From an uncultured Gammaproteobacteria bacterium (GTDB lineage Bacteria > Patescibacteriota > Microgenomatia > Levybacterales > UBA12049), in assembly GCA_964485315.1 (NCBI GenBank), contig CAZAIV010000113.1:1-32511 (forward strand): 32,511 bases of DNA, read 5' to 3'. This document shows positions 1 through 6,701 of this stretch, one piece after another. The notes below the pieces were generated by a model. It ran no database searches. It saw only the letters and a list, made by a program, of their open reading frames with translations, and had not been told where the DNA came from. A program made the position numbers and the translations under genes. Positions within the stretch are counted from its first letter, which is position 1. Every line of letters begins with the position of its first letter.

Positions 1-18
1 TCCATAAATTCTAAATAT

Positions 19-90
19 AAAACGTAAAACTTAGAACTTAAAAATTACTTATGTAATATTTTTATATTTACATTTTATGTTTTACGTTTT
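19..90 (-). terminator. AT-rich long inverted repeat downstream of the Lon-like CDS; candidate terminator or stem-loop
   Basis: There is a perfect 12-nt inverted repeat, 19-30 AAAACGTAAAAC and 79-90 GTTTTACGTTTT. The 48-nt spacer holds a nested shorter palindrome. The repeat lies 14 nt past the TAA stop (104-106) of the minus-strand CDS. The stem is not GC-rich, so the terminator role is inferred from position only. Confidence 0.35.
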
Positions 91-103
91 AAATTTACTT
101 CGT

Positions 104-1315
104 TTACCATGCCGGAAGGAATTCTTTAATATTATCAGGGGTGATTGTCACCGACTGCGCTTTTCCTTCGACGATTTCCCGTGCCACTCTTCGACATATA
201 GCATCAATCGTTCGCTCTAACGTACGGATACCTGAATCAAATCCTAACGGTCTGATGACACCAGCCCATGATGAGTCATCTATCGCAATTTGGCCTTCAA
301 GTAATCCGGAATCTTTCCTGATTTTCGGGAAAAGATATTTCTCGGCGATCACCATTTTCTCTTCATCGGTATAAGAGGGCATTTGAATCACTTCAAGTCG
401 ATCCATCACCGCTGTTGAAATCGCCATCGTGTTATTCGCCGTCGCGACGAACAAAACGCTGGATAAATTAAACGGATAATCGATATAGTGATCGATAAAC
501 GCAAAATTCTGCTCGGGATCCAGCAACTCAACCAAAACGCCCATGATATCTGCCCGGGAAGTCTCGGTCACACGATCAAGTTCATCCAAAAGCATAACGC
601 CATTTTTCGTTTGCGAGTGGGTAAGCCGCTTTATCACTGCTCCCGGCTCAGCGTCGGGAAACGCCCTTGACTGACCGCGAAGCGCCCGCGAATCCGCCAT
701 TCCTCCGAACGGAATACGTTCAAATTGCTTCCCTAATGCTTCAGCGACTGATTTCGCCAGCGTTGTTTTCCCTGTCCCAGCCAATCCGACCAGGCAAAGA
801 ATCGGCGCATGAATCAGCGCCTCTGCTCCGCCGTTTTTCAAATTCAAAATAATTGTCGCGAGATAATCCAAAATCCTGTTTTTAATTTGCTCGAGTCCAT
901 AATGATTTTTATCGAGCACCTGTCTCGCCCGCGCCAGATCCAGAATGTCTTCACTTTTCTTATTCCATGGCAACCCGACTACCCAGTTAATATACGTCGA
1001 TGTATTTTCATATTCAAGAACATAGTTTGCGCTCATAAACCCAGCGCTCGCACGAAGAAGGGCCAGACGCGAAATTCTTTCCACCAGATTTTCTTTTAAA
1101 TCCGGAGGCAGTTTCACAGAATCAATTTTTTCTCCAAGTTTACGAATCTGATCATTTGATTCTCCTTTTTCTTTCGCGGTTGCCGACTCTTCCGCTGCAT
1201 TCGCCACCAGTATCTGCGGCTGTCCGGATTTCTCATTCGATACGGAACCGTTCGCTTGCGTTATCGTCACCGGTTGATCCTGATTTTGAATGTGTGTTTG
1301 GGCAGATGGATCCAT
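104..1315 (-). CDS. Lon-like AAA+ ATPase lacking both the LON N-domain and the Ser-Lys protease domain
   Basis: 403-aa ORF. Walker A is GLAGTGKTTLAKS, Walker B is VMLLDELDRV, and the sensor-2 block is GIRTLERTIDAICRRVA. The block LPWNKKSEDILDLARARQVLDKNHYGLEQIKNRILDYLA is colinear with the LonA AAA+ module as remembered from E. coli Lon. The ORF ends (EFLPAW*) exactly where the protease domain should begin. The N-terminus is a ~60-aa Q/S/N-rich segment. Confidence 0.8.
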   Translation of the reverse strand: MDPSAQTHIQNQDQPVTITQANGSVSNEKSGQPQILVANAAEESATAKEKGESNDQIRKLGEKIDSVKLPPDLKENLVERISRLALLRASAGFMSANYVLEYENTSTYINWVVGLPWNKKSEDILDLARARQVLDKNHYGLEQIKNRILDYLATIILNLKNGGAEALIHAPILCLVGLAGTGKTTLAKSVAEALGKQFERIPFGGMADSRALRGQSRAFPDAEPGAVIKRLTHSQTKNGVMLLDELDRVTETSRADIMGVLVELLDPEQNFAFIDHYIDYPFNLSSVLFVATANNTMAISTAVMDRLEVIQMPSYTDEEKMVIAEKYLFPKIRKDSGLLEGQIAIDDSSWAGVIRPLGFDSGIRTLERTIDAICRRVAREIVEGKAQSVTITPDNIKEFLPAW

Positions 1316-1390
1316 GGATGTATCATACTACATTTCCAGTAACTGAAACAATATATTTGAATGTAAAAGGTCAGGACATATCAAAATACT

Positions 1391-1457
1391 GTCATCTCGA
1401 GCCTAAGCGAGAGATCCCCGGAGATTTCTCACCGCGTCTGACGCGGTTCGAAATGAC
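1391..1457 (-). other. Predicted 67-nt three-way-junction RNA structure in the pnp / Lon-like spacer
   Basis: The outer stem pairs 1391-1401 (GTCATCTCGAG) with 1447-1457 (TTCGAAATGAC): 5 bp, one mismatch, then 5 bp. Hairpin A pairs 1409-1416 with 1423-1430 (8 bp, loop CCCGGA). Hairpin B pairs 1432-1436 CCGCG with 1442-1446 CGCGG (loop TCTGA). On the minus strand it is followed by AGUAUUUUGAU. The strand is assigned only because both flanking genes are minus. Confidence 0.3.
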
Positions 1458-1505
1458 AAACCTTTGCCAAACCCTTAGTAGTTACATTTGAATTTTGAGA
1501 TTTTA

Positions 1506-3809
1506 CTATATATGTGTTTTCCGACGGGGTCTTCCTCCAAAGCGGTCATTCTGTCTTTTTTCTCTGTTTTCGCGCATGAATTGTTTGGTCAATGGATGCT
1601 GTTCCCGACCTTCAGTTCTCGGTCTGAATTCACGCGGTTGAAATTCACGCGGTTCCCGAGAGCCTCCGCCATTTTCCTTTGCTTTCGCATCGTCACCGAA
1701 GAGCATTGAGAGATTCACCCTTCCCTGCTCGTCAATTTGAATGACACGTACTTTCACCACTTGCCCAACCTGCACGACATCCTCAGGATTCCTGACAAAC
1801 CCTGCTGCCATTTGGGAGACATGCACCATACCCTCTTTCCCGGGCAAAAATTCAACAAATGCGCCGAAAGATAAAATACGCTTCACCGGACCTTCAAAGA
1901 CTTCTCCCACTCCGACTTCTCGGACAATTCCCTTGACCCAGTCATAAGCTTTCTGCACGGCTTCATCGCTCGTTCCTGAGACAGTCACTGTTCCGTCGTC
2001 TTCCACATCCACTGTCGCTCCGGTCTGCGCGATAATATTTTTAATGATTTTTCCACCCGGCCCGATCACTTCCCCAATTTTATCCACAGGAATATGTAAC
2101 GTCTCAATTTTCGGCGCGTATGCTGATAACGCCGGACGAGGGGAAGACATAATGGCCGCCATCTTCTCCAAAATGAATAATCGGGCAACCCGCGCGCATT
2201 CGAAAATTTCTTTCATTTGCGTATCGGTCAGACCCGGAATCTTCACATCCAGCTGAATTGCAGTAATACCCCTGTCTGTTCCCGCCACTTTGAAATCCAT
2301 ATCACCTGAAAAATCTTCCAACCCGATGATATCCGTTAACAATTCATACTTTTCTCCGATAGACATCATCCCTACTGAAATCCCTCCGACCGGTTTGAGA
2401 ATCGGCACGCCGGCATCCATGAGCGCGAGTGTTGATCCGCATGTCGATGCCATAGAACTTGAACCATTTTGTGAAAGTACTTCAGAAACGACCCGAATGG
2501 TATACGGAAATTTATCTTTATGCGGAATAACTGCGAACAATGCCCGCTCTGCCAACGCGCCGTGGCCGATTTCCCGTCTCGAAGGCGTTCCGATTCTCCC
2601 CGCTTCTCCGACAGAATACGGCGGACCGGAATAATGATGGATATAACTCTTGGTTTCTTCACCTTCCGCGGATTCGATAAGCTGTTCCATCCTCGGCGAT
2701 CCGAGTGTCACAATAGACAATGCCTGCGTAAGTCCGCGCTCAAAAATCGCCGATCCGTGTGTTCGCGGGAGAATCCCGACTTCGATATTCAGCGGACGGA
2801 TTTCATCAAGTTTTCTGCCGTCTGGTCGTTGTTTTTTCTCGACGACGTTTTTTCTGATGATCTTAAACATCACATATTCGACAGCCTTCCCGATGATTTT
2901 TTTGTCTAAAACAGTCGCCGGTGTTTTCAGTTTTTCATCTTCATAAATTTTCGCGACGAGTTCTTCAGTTTCGTTTCCCGATCCTTCTTTGTTCGCTCGA
3001 CCTGCGATAAGCGCTTCTACTTCTTTTTTATATGACGTTTCAACGAGTTCAATAGCAGCAGCCATCACCGCGTTCGGCACCACGACAATCTTTTTCTGTC
3101 CTACTTGCTTGACGAGATCTTCAATAAATGCTATAACTTTCCTTGTTTCATCGTGCGCTGCCACGATCGCCTCATGCGCGATACTTTCCGGTACCTGAAG
3201 CGCTCCCGCTTCCAGCATGACAGTCAAATCTTTGCTTTGCGATGCCACGATGTCCAGATCTGAATTCAGTCCTTCACCCACTGTCGGATTCAGCACCAGT
3301 TCAATCTTCCCGTCTTCCGGATTTTTCGCGGTTCCGACTCTGATTGCGCCGATTGGTCCATTCCATGGGATCGGAGAAATTGCCAATGCTGCTGAAACCG
3401 CATTCAATGCGAGGATATCCGGCTCATGTTCACCGTCAACTGAGAGAACAGTGATGACAACCTGTACCTCATTTTTAAAATCCTTCGGAAAAAGAGGTCG
3501 AATCGACCGATCAATCAATCTGCCGATGAGAATCGCTTCATCAGTCGGGCGTCCTTCTCGTTTCACCCATCTGGAGCCTTTTATTCTTCCGCCTGCATAT
3601 AATTTTTCAGTATACTCGACGCTCAATGGGAAATAATCAATGTCATCTCTGATTCTCCCCGCAACCACTGTGACGAGCACGACAGTATCGCCAAGGCGAG
3701 CCATTACAGACGATGTTGCCTGCGGGGCAAAATGTCCGGTTTCAAAACTCAAGGTTTTTCCGGCAAAATCCATCTTAACGGAAGCGGTCTTTTTTGTACT
3801 GTTTGTCAT
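1506..3809 (-). CDS. pnp: Polynucleotide phosphorylase (PNPase)
   Basis: 767-aa ORF with two RNase PH-like halves, a KH motif (IPVDKIGEVIGPGGKIIKNI) and an S1 motif (GEVFEGPVKRILSFGAFVEFLPGKEGMVHVSQ). It lies directly downstream of rpsO, the conserved arrangement. It carries a ~60-aa Arg/Glu-rich C-terminal tail (REPREFQPREFRPR...). Confidence 0.97.
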   Translation of the reverse strand: MTNSTKKTASVKMDFAGKTLSFETGHFAPQATSSVMARLGDTVVLVTVVAGRIRDDIDYFPLSVEYTEKLYAGGRIKGSRWVKREGRPTDEAILIGRLIDRSIRPLFPKDFKNEVQVVITVLSVDGEHEPDILALNAVSAALAISPIPWNGPIGAIRVGTAKNPEDGKIELVLNPTVGEGLNSDLDIVASQSKDLTVMLEAGALQVPESIAHEAIVAAHDETRKVIAFIEDLVKQVGQKKIVVVPNAVMAAAIELVETSYKKEVEALIAGRANKEGSGNETEELVAKIYEDEKLKTPATVLDKKIIGKAVEYVMFKIIRKNVVEKKQRPDGRKLDEIRPLNIEVGILPRTHGSAIFERGLTQALSIVTLGSPRMEQLIESAEGEETKSYIHHYSGPPYSVGEAGRIGTPSRREIGHGALAERALFAVIPHKDKFPYTIRVVSEVLSQNGSSSMASTCGSTLALMDAGVPILKPVGGISVGMMSIGEKYELLTDIIGLEDFSGDMDFKVAGTDRGITAIQLDVKIPGLTDTQMKEIFECARVARLFILEKMAAIMSSPRPALSAYAPKIETLHIPVDKIGEVIGPGGKIIKNIIAQTGATVDVEDDGTVTVSGTSDEAVQKAYDWVKGIVREVGVGEVFEGPVKRILSFGAFVEFLPGKEGMVHVSQMAAGFVRNPEDVVQVGQVVKVRVIQIDEQGRVNLSMLFGDDAKAKENGGGSREPREFQPREFRPRTEGREQHPLTKQFMRENREKRQNDRFGGRPRRKTHI

Positions 3810-3856
3810 AATGTATCTTATTTAGTATATCACAGCAGAATTTTTGAAGAGAAGCA

Positions 3857-3915
3857 GTATTATGTATTAAGTATAAGGTATTAAGAAGTCTTACTTAATA
3901 CGTGATACATAATAC
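3857..3915 (-). promoter_or_regulatory. Long imperfect AT-rich hairpin in the rpsO-pnp spacer (rpsO terminator and/or pnp leader stem)
   Basis: 3857-3867 GTATTATGTAT is the exact reverse complement of 3905-3915. 3864-3873 GTATTAAGTA is the exact reverse complement of 3892-3901. Combined, this gives about 17 bp with a 7-nt bulge. It sits between the rpsO stop (3929) and the pnp start (3809). Confidence 0.45.
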
Positions 3916-3928
3916 CTAATACTATCGT

Positions 3929-4198
3929 TTAGTTCTTCAAACCGATTTTTTTCAAAATTCCATTCGCTCGCACTTTATCAATTTTCTCTAAGAAATTTAT
4001 GAGCCTGCGTCGTTTCGCGATCATTGAGAGAAGTCCTCTCCTGCTGTGATTATCATGGATATGTTGTTTCAAATGTTCGGCAAGTCGTTCAATGCGTTTC
4101 GAAAGGAGTGCGATTTGTACTTCAGGGCTGCCTGTGTCTCCTTCTGTCGTTCTGAAATCTTTAATGATTTCCTGTTTCTGCGTTGTTGCGAGTGGCAT
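3929..4198 (-). CDS. rpsO: 30S ribosomal protein S15
   Basis: 89 aa from the internal Met of the 117-aa ORF: MPLATTQKQEIIKDFRTTEGDTGSPEVQIALLSKRIERLAEHLKQHIHDNHSRRGLLSMIAKRRRLINFLEK... This is colinear and equal in length with E. coli S15 (GDTGS.EVQ.ALL, HSRRGLL). The 28 upstream codons overlap the promoter. Confidence 0.95.
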   Translation of the reverse strand: MPLATTQKQEIIKDFRTTEGDTGSPEVQIALLSKRIERLAEHLKQHIHDNHSRRGLLSMIAKRRRLINFLEKIDKVRANGILKKIGLKN

Positions 4199-4208
4199 AA
4201 CAAGACAT

Positions 4209-4237
4209 ATTATACCAGTTTTGTTTCCCCCACGCAA
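4209..4237 (-). promoter_or_regulatory. Extended -10 promoter for rpsO
   Basis: Read on the minus strand: TTGCGT (4237-4232), a 17-nt spacer ending in TGG, then TATAAT (4214-4209). That makes TGnTATAAT. Only 10 nt separate the -10 from the ATG at 4198, and there is no SD. Confidence 0.5.
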
Positions 4238-4467
4238 CCCAACTATTTTACTCAATTCAATAATCGTACTAAAACAATTCATGTAGGCATTTTTCTAGAT
4301 TCGTTTCAGGAGATATTATCCAACACATTATATATCTCTAAACCTGCATCGTGCGATTCCCGCTTATAATCTTTGCCAACCTAAGACCCATCTTGTCTAT
4401 TTCCCTTTGTGTCGGATGGCCTGTCAGGTCGTATTCATCGACCCGTGAATGAGAAAGTATCGCACGA

Positions 4468-4935
4468 ATGAGCCTGACTTTTACGTATTTGTGCAGTAAG
4501 CTCACCACCATGAGTGCCGAACGAGTCTTGTGGGAAAAAATTTTTAGCAGAAAAGCACCTGCAACGACACCTTTTCCGGGTGCATCAGGATTCGTGTTGT
4601 TGAAGGAAAATAGTGATGATACTATTAATAACCACAGATTGCAGATTGAAGAGAGACCAGATTTATCACACCTAAAGAGAAAAGACAGCGCAGCAGAATG
4701 TGTCACTGTTTTCCCTTCTGCTCATAAAACATTGCAAATACGAATAAAAGGTCCAGACTTCTCTGTAAATGCCTATTGGAGGCCAGCATCTGATCACCCT
4801 GAGCAGTCTCTGACAACAGAAGGACTATCGTTTTTGCATCCGTTCGGATTTGATGACCCGGATAAACCGACGGTATTGCACTGCGGAGAAGGAATGCGTA
4901 TAGAATACAGAAGTCTCGGACAAAAAAATTCTTAA
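4468..4935 (+). CDS. Hypothetical protein (155 aa); mutually exclusive with the ncRNA call below
   Basis: This is the longest open frame in an otherwise unassigned 660-nt gap, convergent with the 4944-5639 gene. Its composition looks protein-like (…VFPSAHKTLQIRIKGPDFSVNAYWRPASDHPEQ…HPFGFDDPDKPTVLHCGEGMRIEY…). I recognise no motif and see no convincing SD. A 122-codon antisense ORF (4338-4706) overlaps it. Confidence 0.3.
   Translation: MSLTFTYLCSKLTTMSAERVLWEKIFSRKAPATTPFPGASGFVLLKENSDDTINNHRLQIEERPDLSHLKRKDSAAECVTVFPSAHKTLQIRIKGPDFSVNAYWRPASDHPEQSLTTEGLSFLHPFGFDDPDKPTVLHCGEGMRIEYRSLGQKNS
4746..4921 (+). ncRNA. Candidate RNase P RNA-like core (boundaries unresolved)
   Basis: RNase P-like motifs occur in the canonical order:
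- 4746-4762 AAAAGGUCCAGACUUCU, compared with GAGGAAAGUCCGGGCU.
- 4813-4825 ACAACAGAAGGAC, compared with GCAACAGAGAGCA.
- 4859-4873 CGGAUAAACCGACGG, compared with ACGGUAAACUCCACC.
- 4907-4921 ACAGAAGUCUCGGAC, compared with ACAGAACCCGGCUUA.

4751-4758 pairs with 4913-4921 (8 bp, one bulge), which is P4-like. 4759-4766 pairs with 4883-4890 (8 bp including 2 G-U), which is P5-like.

Against the call: only ~145 nt separate the P4 strands, no P1-P3 or P15-P18 were found, and the region is also an intact ORF. Confidence 0.3.
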
Positions 4936-4943
4936 TTTCCATT

Positions 4944-5639
4944 CTATGCTGCCGGTTTTTGTTCTTGCAACTTTTTTAACTGATCCCGTACGGAAGCGAG
5001 TTTTTCTTCATCAGATTTTTCAGGAGCGTTCGGTGAATTTGCCCATCTTTCGCGTATGATTACGTATCCATTACTTATTCCTACTCTTTTATGTTTTACT
5101 TCTTCCCCGTCTTTGGTTGTAATTGTCACATCTACTTTATTTTGTAATTCCTTTTCTTCATCCTTCATTCTCTTTACGGAATCAAATGCTTCTTTCGCTT
5201 CATACCCAGTAATCGATTGTCTGTCTTGCAACACAGACGCCACTGCGTTGAACTCTTCAGGATGATCCTCATTCATCTTTCTTCCTGTCTCTGCCGCAGA
5301 AAAATCAATATGCATATACATCGCTACTCTTTCATCATGACTTGTTCCCGTATGTCCCATTCCTTTTGGACCCAATACTGAGGCGCCAGTAAGCTTCACA
5401 GGCCACGTAGCGCCTTCATATCCTTCTGTGCTATTCGGTATTATTGTTGCTCGTATAATCCCATATCCTTCTACAATCGTAGGGATAATATGCGCCGTTT
5501 CATGCTTTGCAACTGAACCTGGATTGGCTATAGAAAGTGGTTTGAATTCCCTTTTTGGAGAATTCACAGTGATTCTTGTCCCGTTTTCGAGACTGATTGT
5601 GCGGCCGATTTGTAATGAAATAGGGCTAGCTTCTTTCAT
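4944..5639 (-). CDS. Stand-alone HExxH metallopeptidase-like protein resembling the FtsH (M41) peptidase domain, with no AAA+ module
   Basis: 231-aa ORF with a GGAGG SD about 12 nt upstream. HETAH lies at nt 5490-5504. The stretch VAKHETAHIIPTIVEGYGIIRATIIPNSTEGYEG...GHTGTSHDERVA parallels the FtsH M41 pattern HEAGHA...V.KVTIIPRG.ALG...TTGASNDLERAT as I remember it. The C-terminal half is Lys/Glu-rich. Confidence 0.6.
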   Translation of the reverse strand: MKEASPISLQIGRTISLENGTRITVNSPKREFKPLSIANPGSVAKHETAHIIPTIVEGYGIIRATIIPNSTEGYEGATWPVKLTGASVLGPKGMGHTGTSHDERVAMYMHIDFSAAETGRKMNEDHPEEFNAVASVLQDRQSITGYEAKEAFDSVKRMKDEEKELQNKVDVTITTKDGEEVKHKRVGISNGYVIIRERWANSPNAPEKSDEEKLASVRDQLKKLQEQKPAA

Positions 5640-5699
5640 ACACTCTGATTCTAGTCCTCCCCCATAGTAAATGCAAGTTGATGAGTTATTGGTGTATAT

Positions 5700-6023
5700 T
5701 TATGTACGTGAAGCTCTGTCTGTTTCTTCCCGCATTCCTTCTATAACTGCAATGCCGAAGTCACACCAAAATACAATGGGATAAAAAGGATGAAAAATAC
5801 TAACACCCGTACCCCTTCTCACCGCTTCTGTTTTTGCCCTGAATCCACGAGCTGCCAACGTATGATATGCATCATTAACACGCTCCATTGGAGTATCGTC
5901 TGACAAATCTTGATGATGATCTCTATGATATGTTCTTGCAAGACGATTCCGCGCATCTCGAATATCTTTACCGCTTGCTCCCGGCTGCAAACCCAAAATA
6001 TTCCATGCTTCCTGTCTCTCCAT
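5700..6023 (-). CDS. J-domain-like protein with HRD in place of HPD, and a hydrophobic C-terminus
   Basis: 107 aa from Met54 of the 160-aa ORF; the longer form would overlap the divergent DinB gene. EAWNILGLQPGASGKDIRDARNRLARTYHRDHHQD...VNDAYHTLA matches the J-domain helix II/III pattern. The HPD tripeptide reads HRD (nt 5919-5927). The C-terminal segment is FHPFYPIVFWCDFGIAVIEGM. Confidence 0.6.
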   Translation of the reverse strand: MERQEAWNILGLQPGASGKDIRDARNRLARTYHRDHHQDLSDDTPMERVNDAYHTLAARGFRAKTEAVRRGTGVSIFHPFYPIVFWCDFGIAVIEGMREETDRASRT

Positions 6024-6073
6024 AATCTGAAGCGTATACCCTTCGTACAATTCCTGCAATGCAGACAAACCAT

Positions 6074-6102
6074 TTGCTATTTCTGAAAAAAAGTCATAGT
6101 AT
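6074..6102 (+). promoter_or_regulatory. Sigma70-like promoter candidate for the DinB-family gene
   Basis: TTGCTA (6074-6079), a 17-nt spacer, then TAGTAT (6097-6102). The ATG at 6117 follows 14 nt later. Confidence 0.35.
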
Positions 6103-6116
6103 GTGAGAAAGAATAT

Positions 6117-6608
6117 ATGATGAAAAACGACCGGATACTTCGTGAACATCTGCAGCGCCTTCTGAAAGGTGATCAGGCGCACATGACATTCGATGATGCG
6201 GTGAAAGATTTTCCCATGAACGAAATCAATACGACATTCTCAAACGGCATATATTCCGCGTGGGATTTATTAGAACATATCAGACGAACGCAGAGTGATA
6301 TTCTCGAATTTATAGTGAGCCCGAAATATAAGGAAAAAGAATGGTCCAAGGATTATTGGCCTGATCCGAAGAAAAAGGCACATGCAAAAGATTGGGGAAA
6401 GACCATTAACCAATATAAAGCGGACTTGAAACAACTCAAAAACATGGTTTCTGATGAGAAAACCGATTTGTATGCGAAAATCACAAATGGCGACGGTCAG
6501 ACAATTTTACGAGAAATGATGTTAGTAGCGGATCACACGAGTTATCATATCGGAGAATTCGCGATCATGCGCCAGGTCATGGGAACCTGGAAATTAAAAT
6601 CCCACTAA
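6117..6608 (+). CDS. DinB-family (DinB_2-like) protein
   Basis: 163-aa ORF with the four-helix DinB signature of spaced His residues (WDLLEHIRRTQSDILEF ... VADHTSYHIGEFAIMRQ). Confidence 0.75.
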   Translation: MMKNDRILREHLQRLLKGDQAHMTFDDAVKDFPMNEINTTFSNGIYSAWDLLEHIRRTQSDILEFIVSPKYKEKEWSKDYWPDPKKKAHAKDWGKTINQYKADLKQLKNMVSDEKTDLYAKITNGDGQTILREMMLVADHTSYHIGEFAIMRQVMGTWKLKSH

Positions 6609-6701
6609 TTCCCACTCCTCATTTCCCGTTTGTACTCCAAACTCCCCTCCGTCCTCCTACGTGGTATACTGCATCTAAGAGAAAGGAGCATATACCTCCT
6701 T

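Noticed and set aside
1391-1470. A tRNA or hammerhead ribozyme, prompted by the GGTTCGAAAT T-loop-like string and by CUGA...GAAA.
   Set aside because: There are only three helices and no D-arm or anticodon-arm geometry, and the acceptor-like stem has an internal mismatch. The hammerhead core CUGAUGA is absent; CUGA lies in a hairpin loop.
3929-4282. The long forms of several ORFs in the track: S15 117 aa, 5700-6182 160 aa, 6630-7250 206 aa, and 14454-15206 250 aa.
   Set aside because: Homology or length comparison (S15 is 89 aa), overlap with divergent genes or promoters, or a better-placed internal ATG with an SD or a -10 box all argue for the shorter starts reported in the features.
4338-4706. 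A 122-aa minus-strand ORF, plus the 79-aa ORF at 4703-4942, in the unassigned gap.
   Set aside because: The sequence is hydrophobic and Ser/Leu-skewed with no motif, and it overlaps the longer plus-strand ORF and the RNase P-like motifs. It would also run through the rpsO promoter region. I judged it the least likely of the three explanations for the gap.
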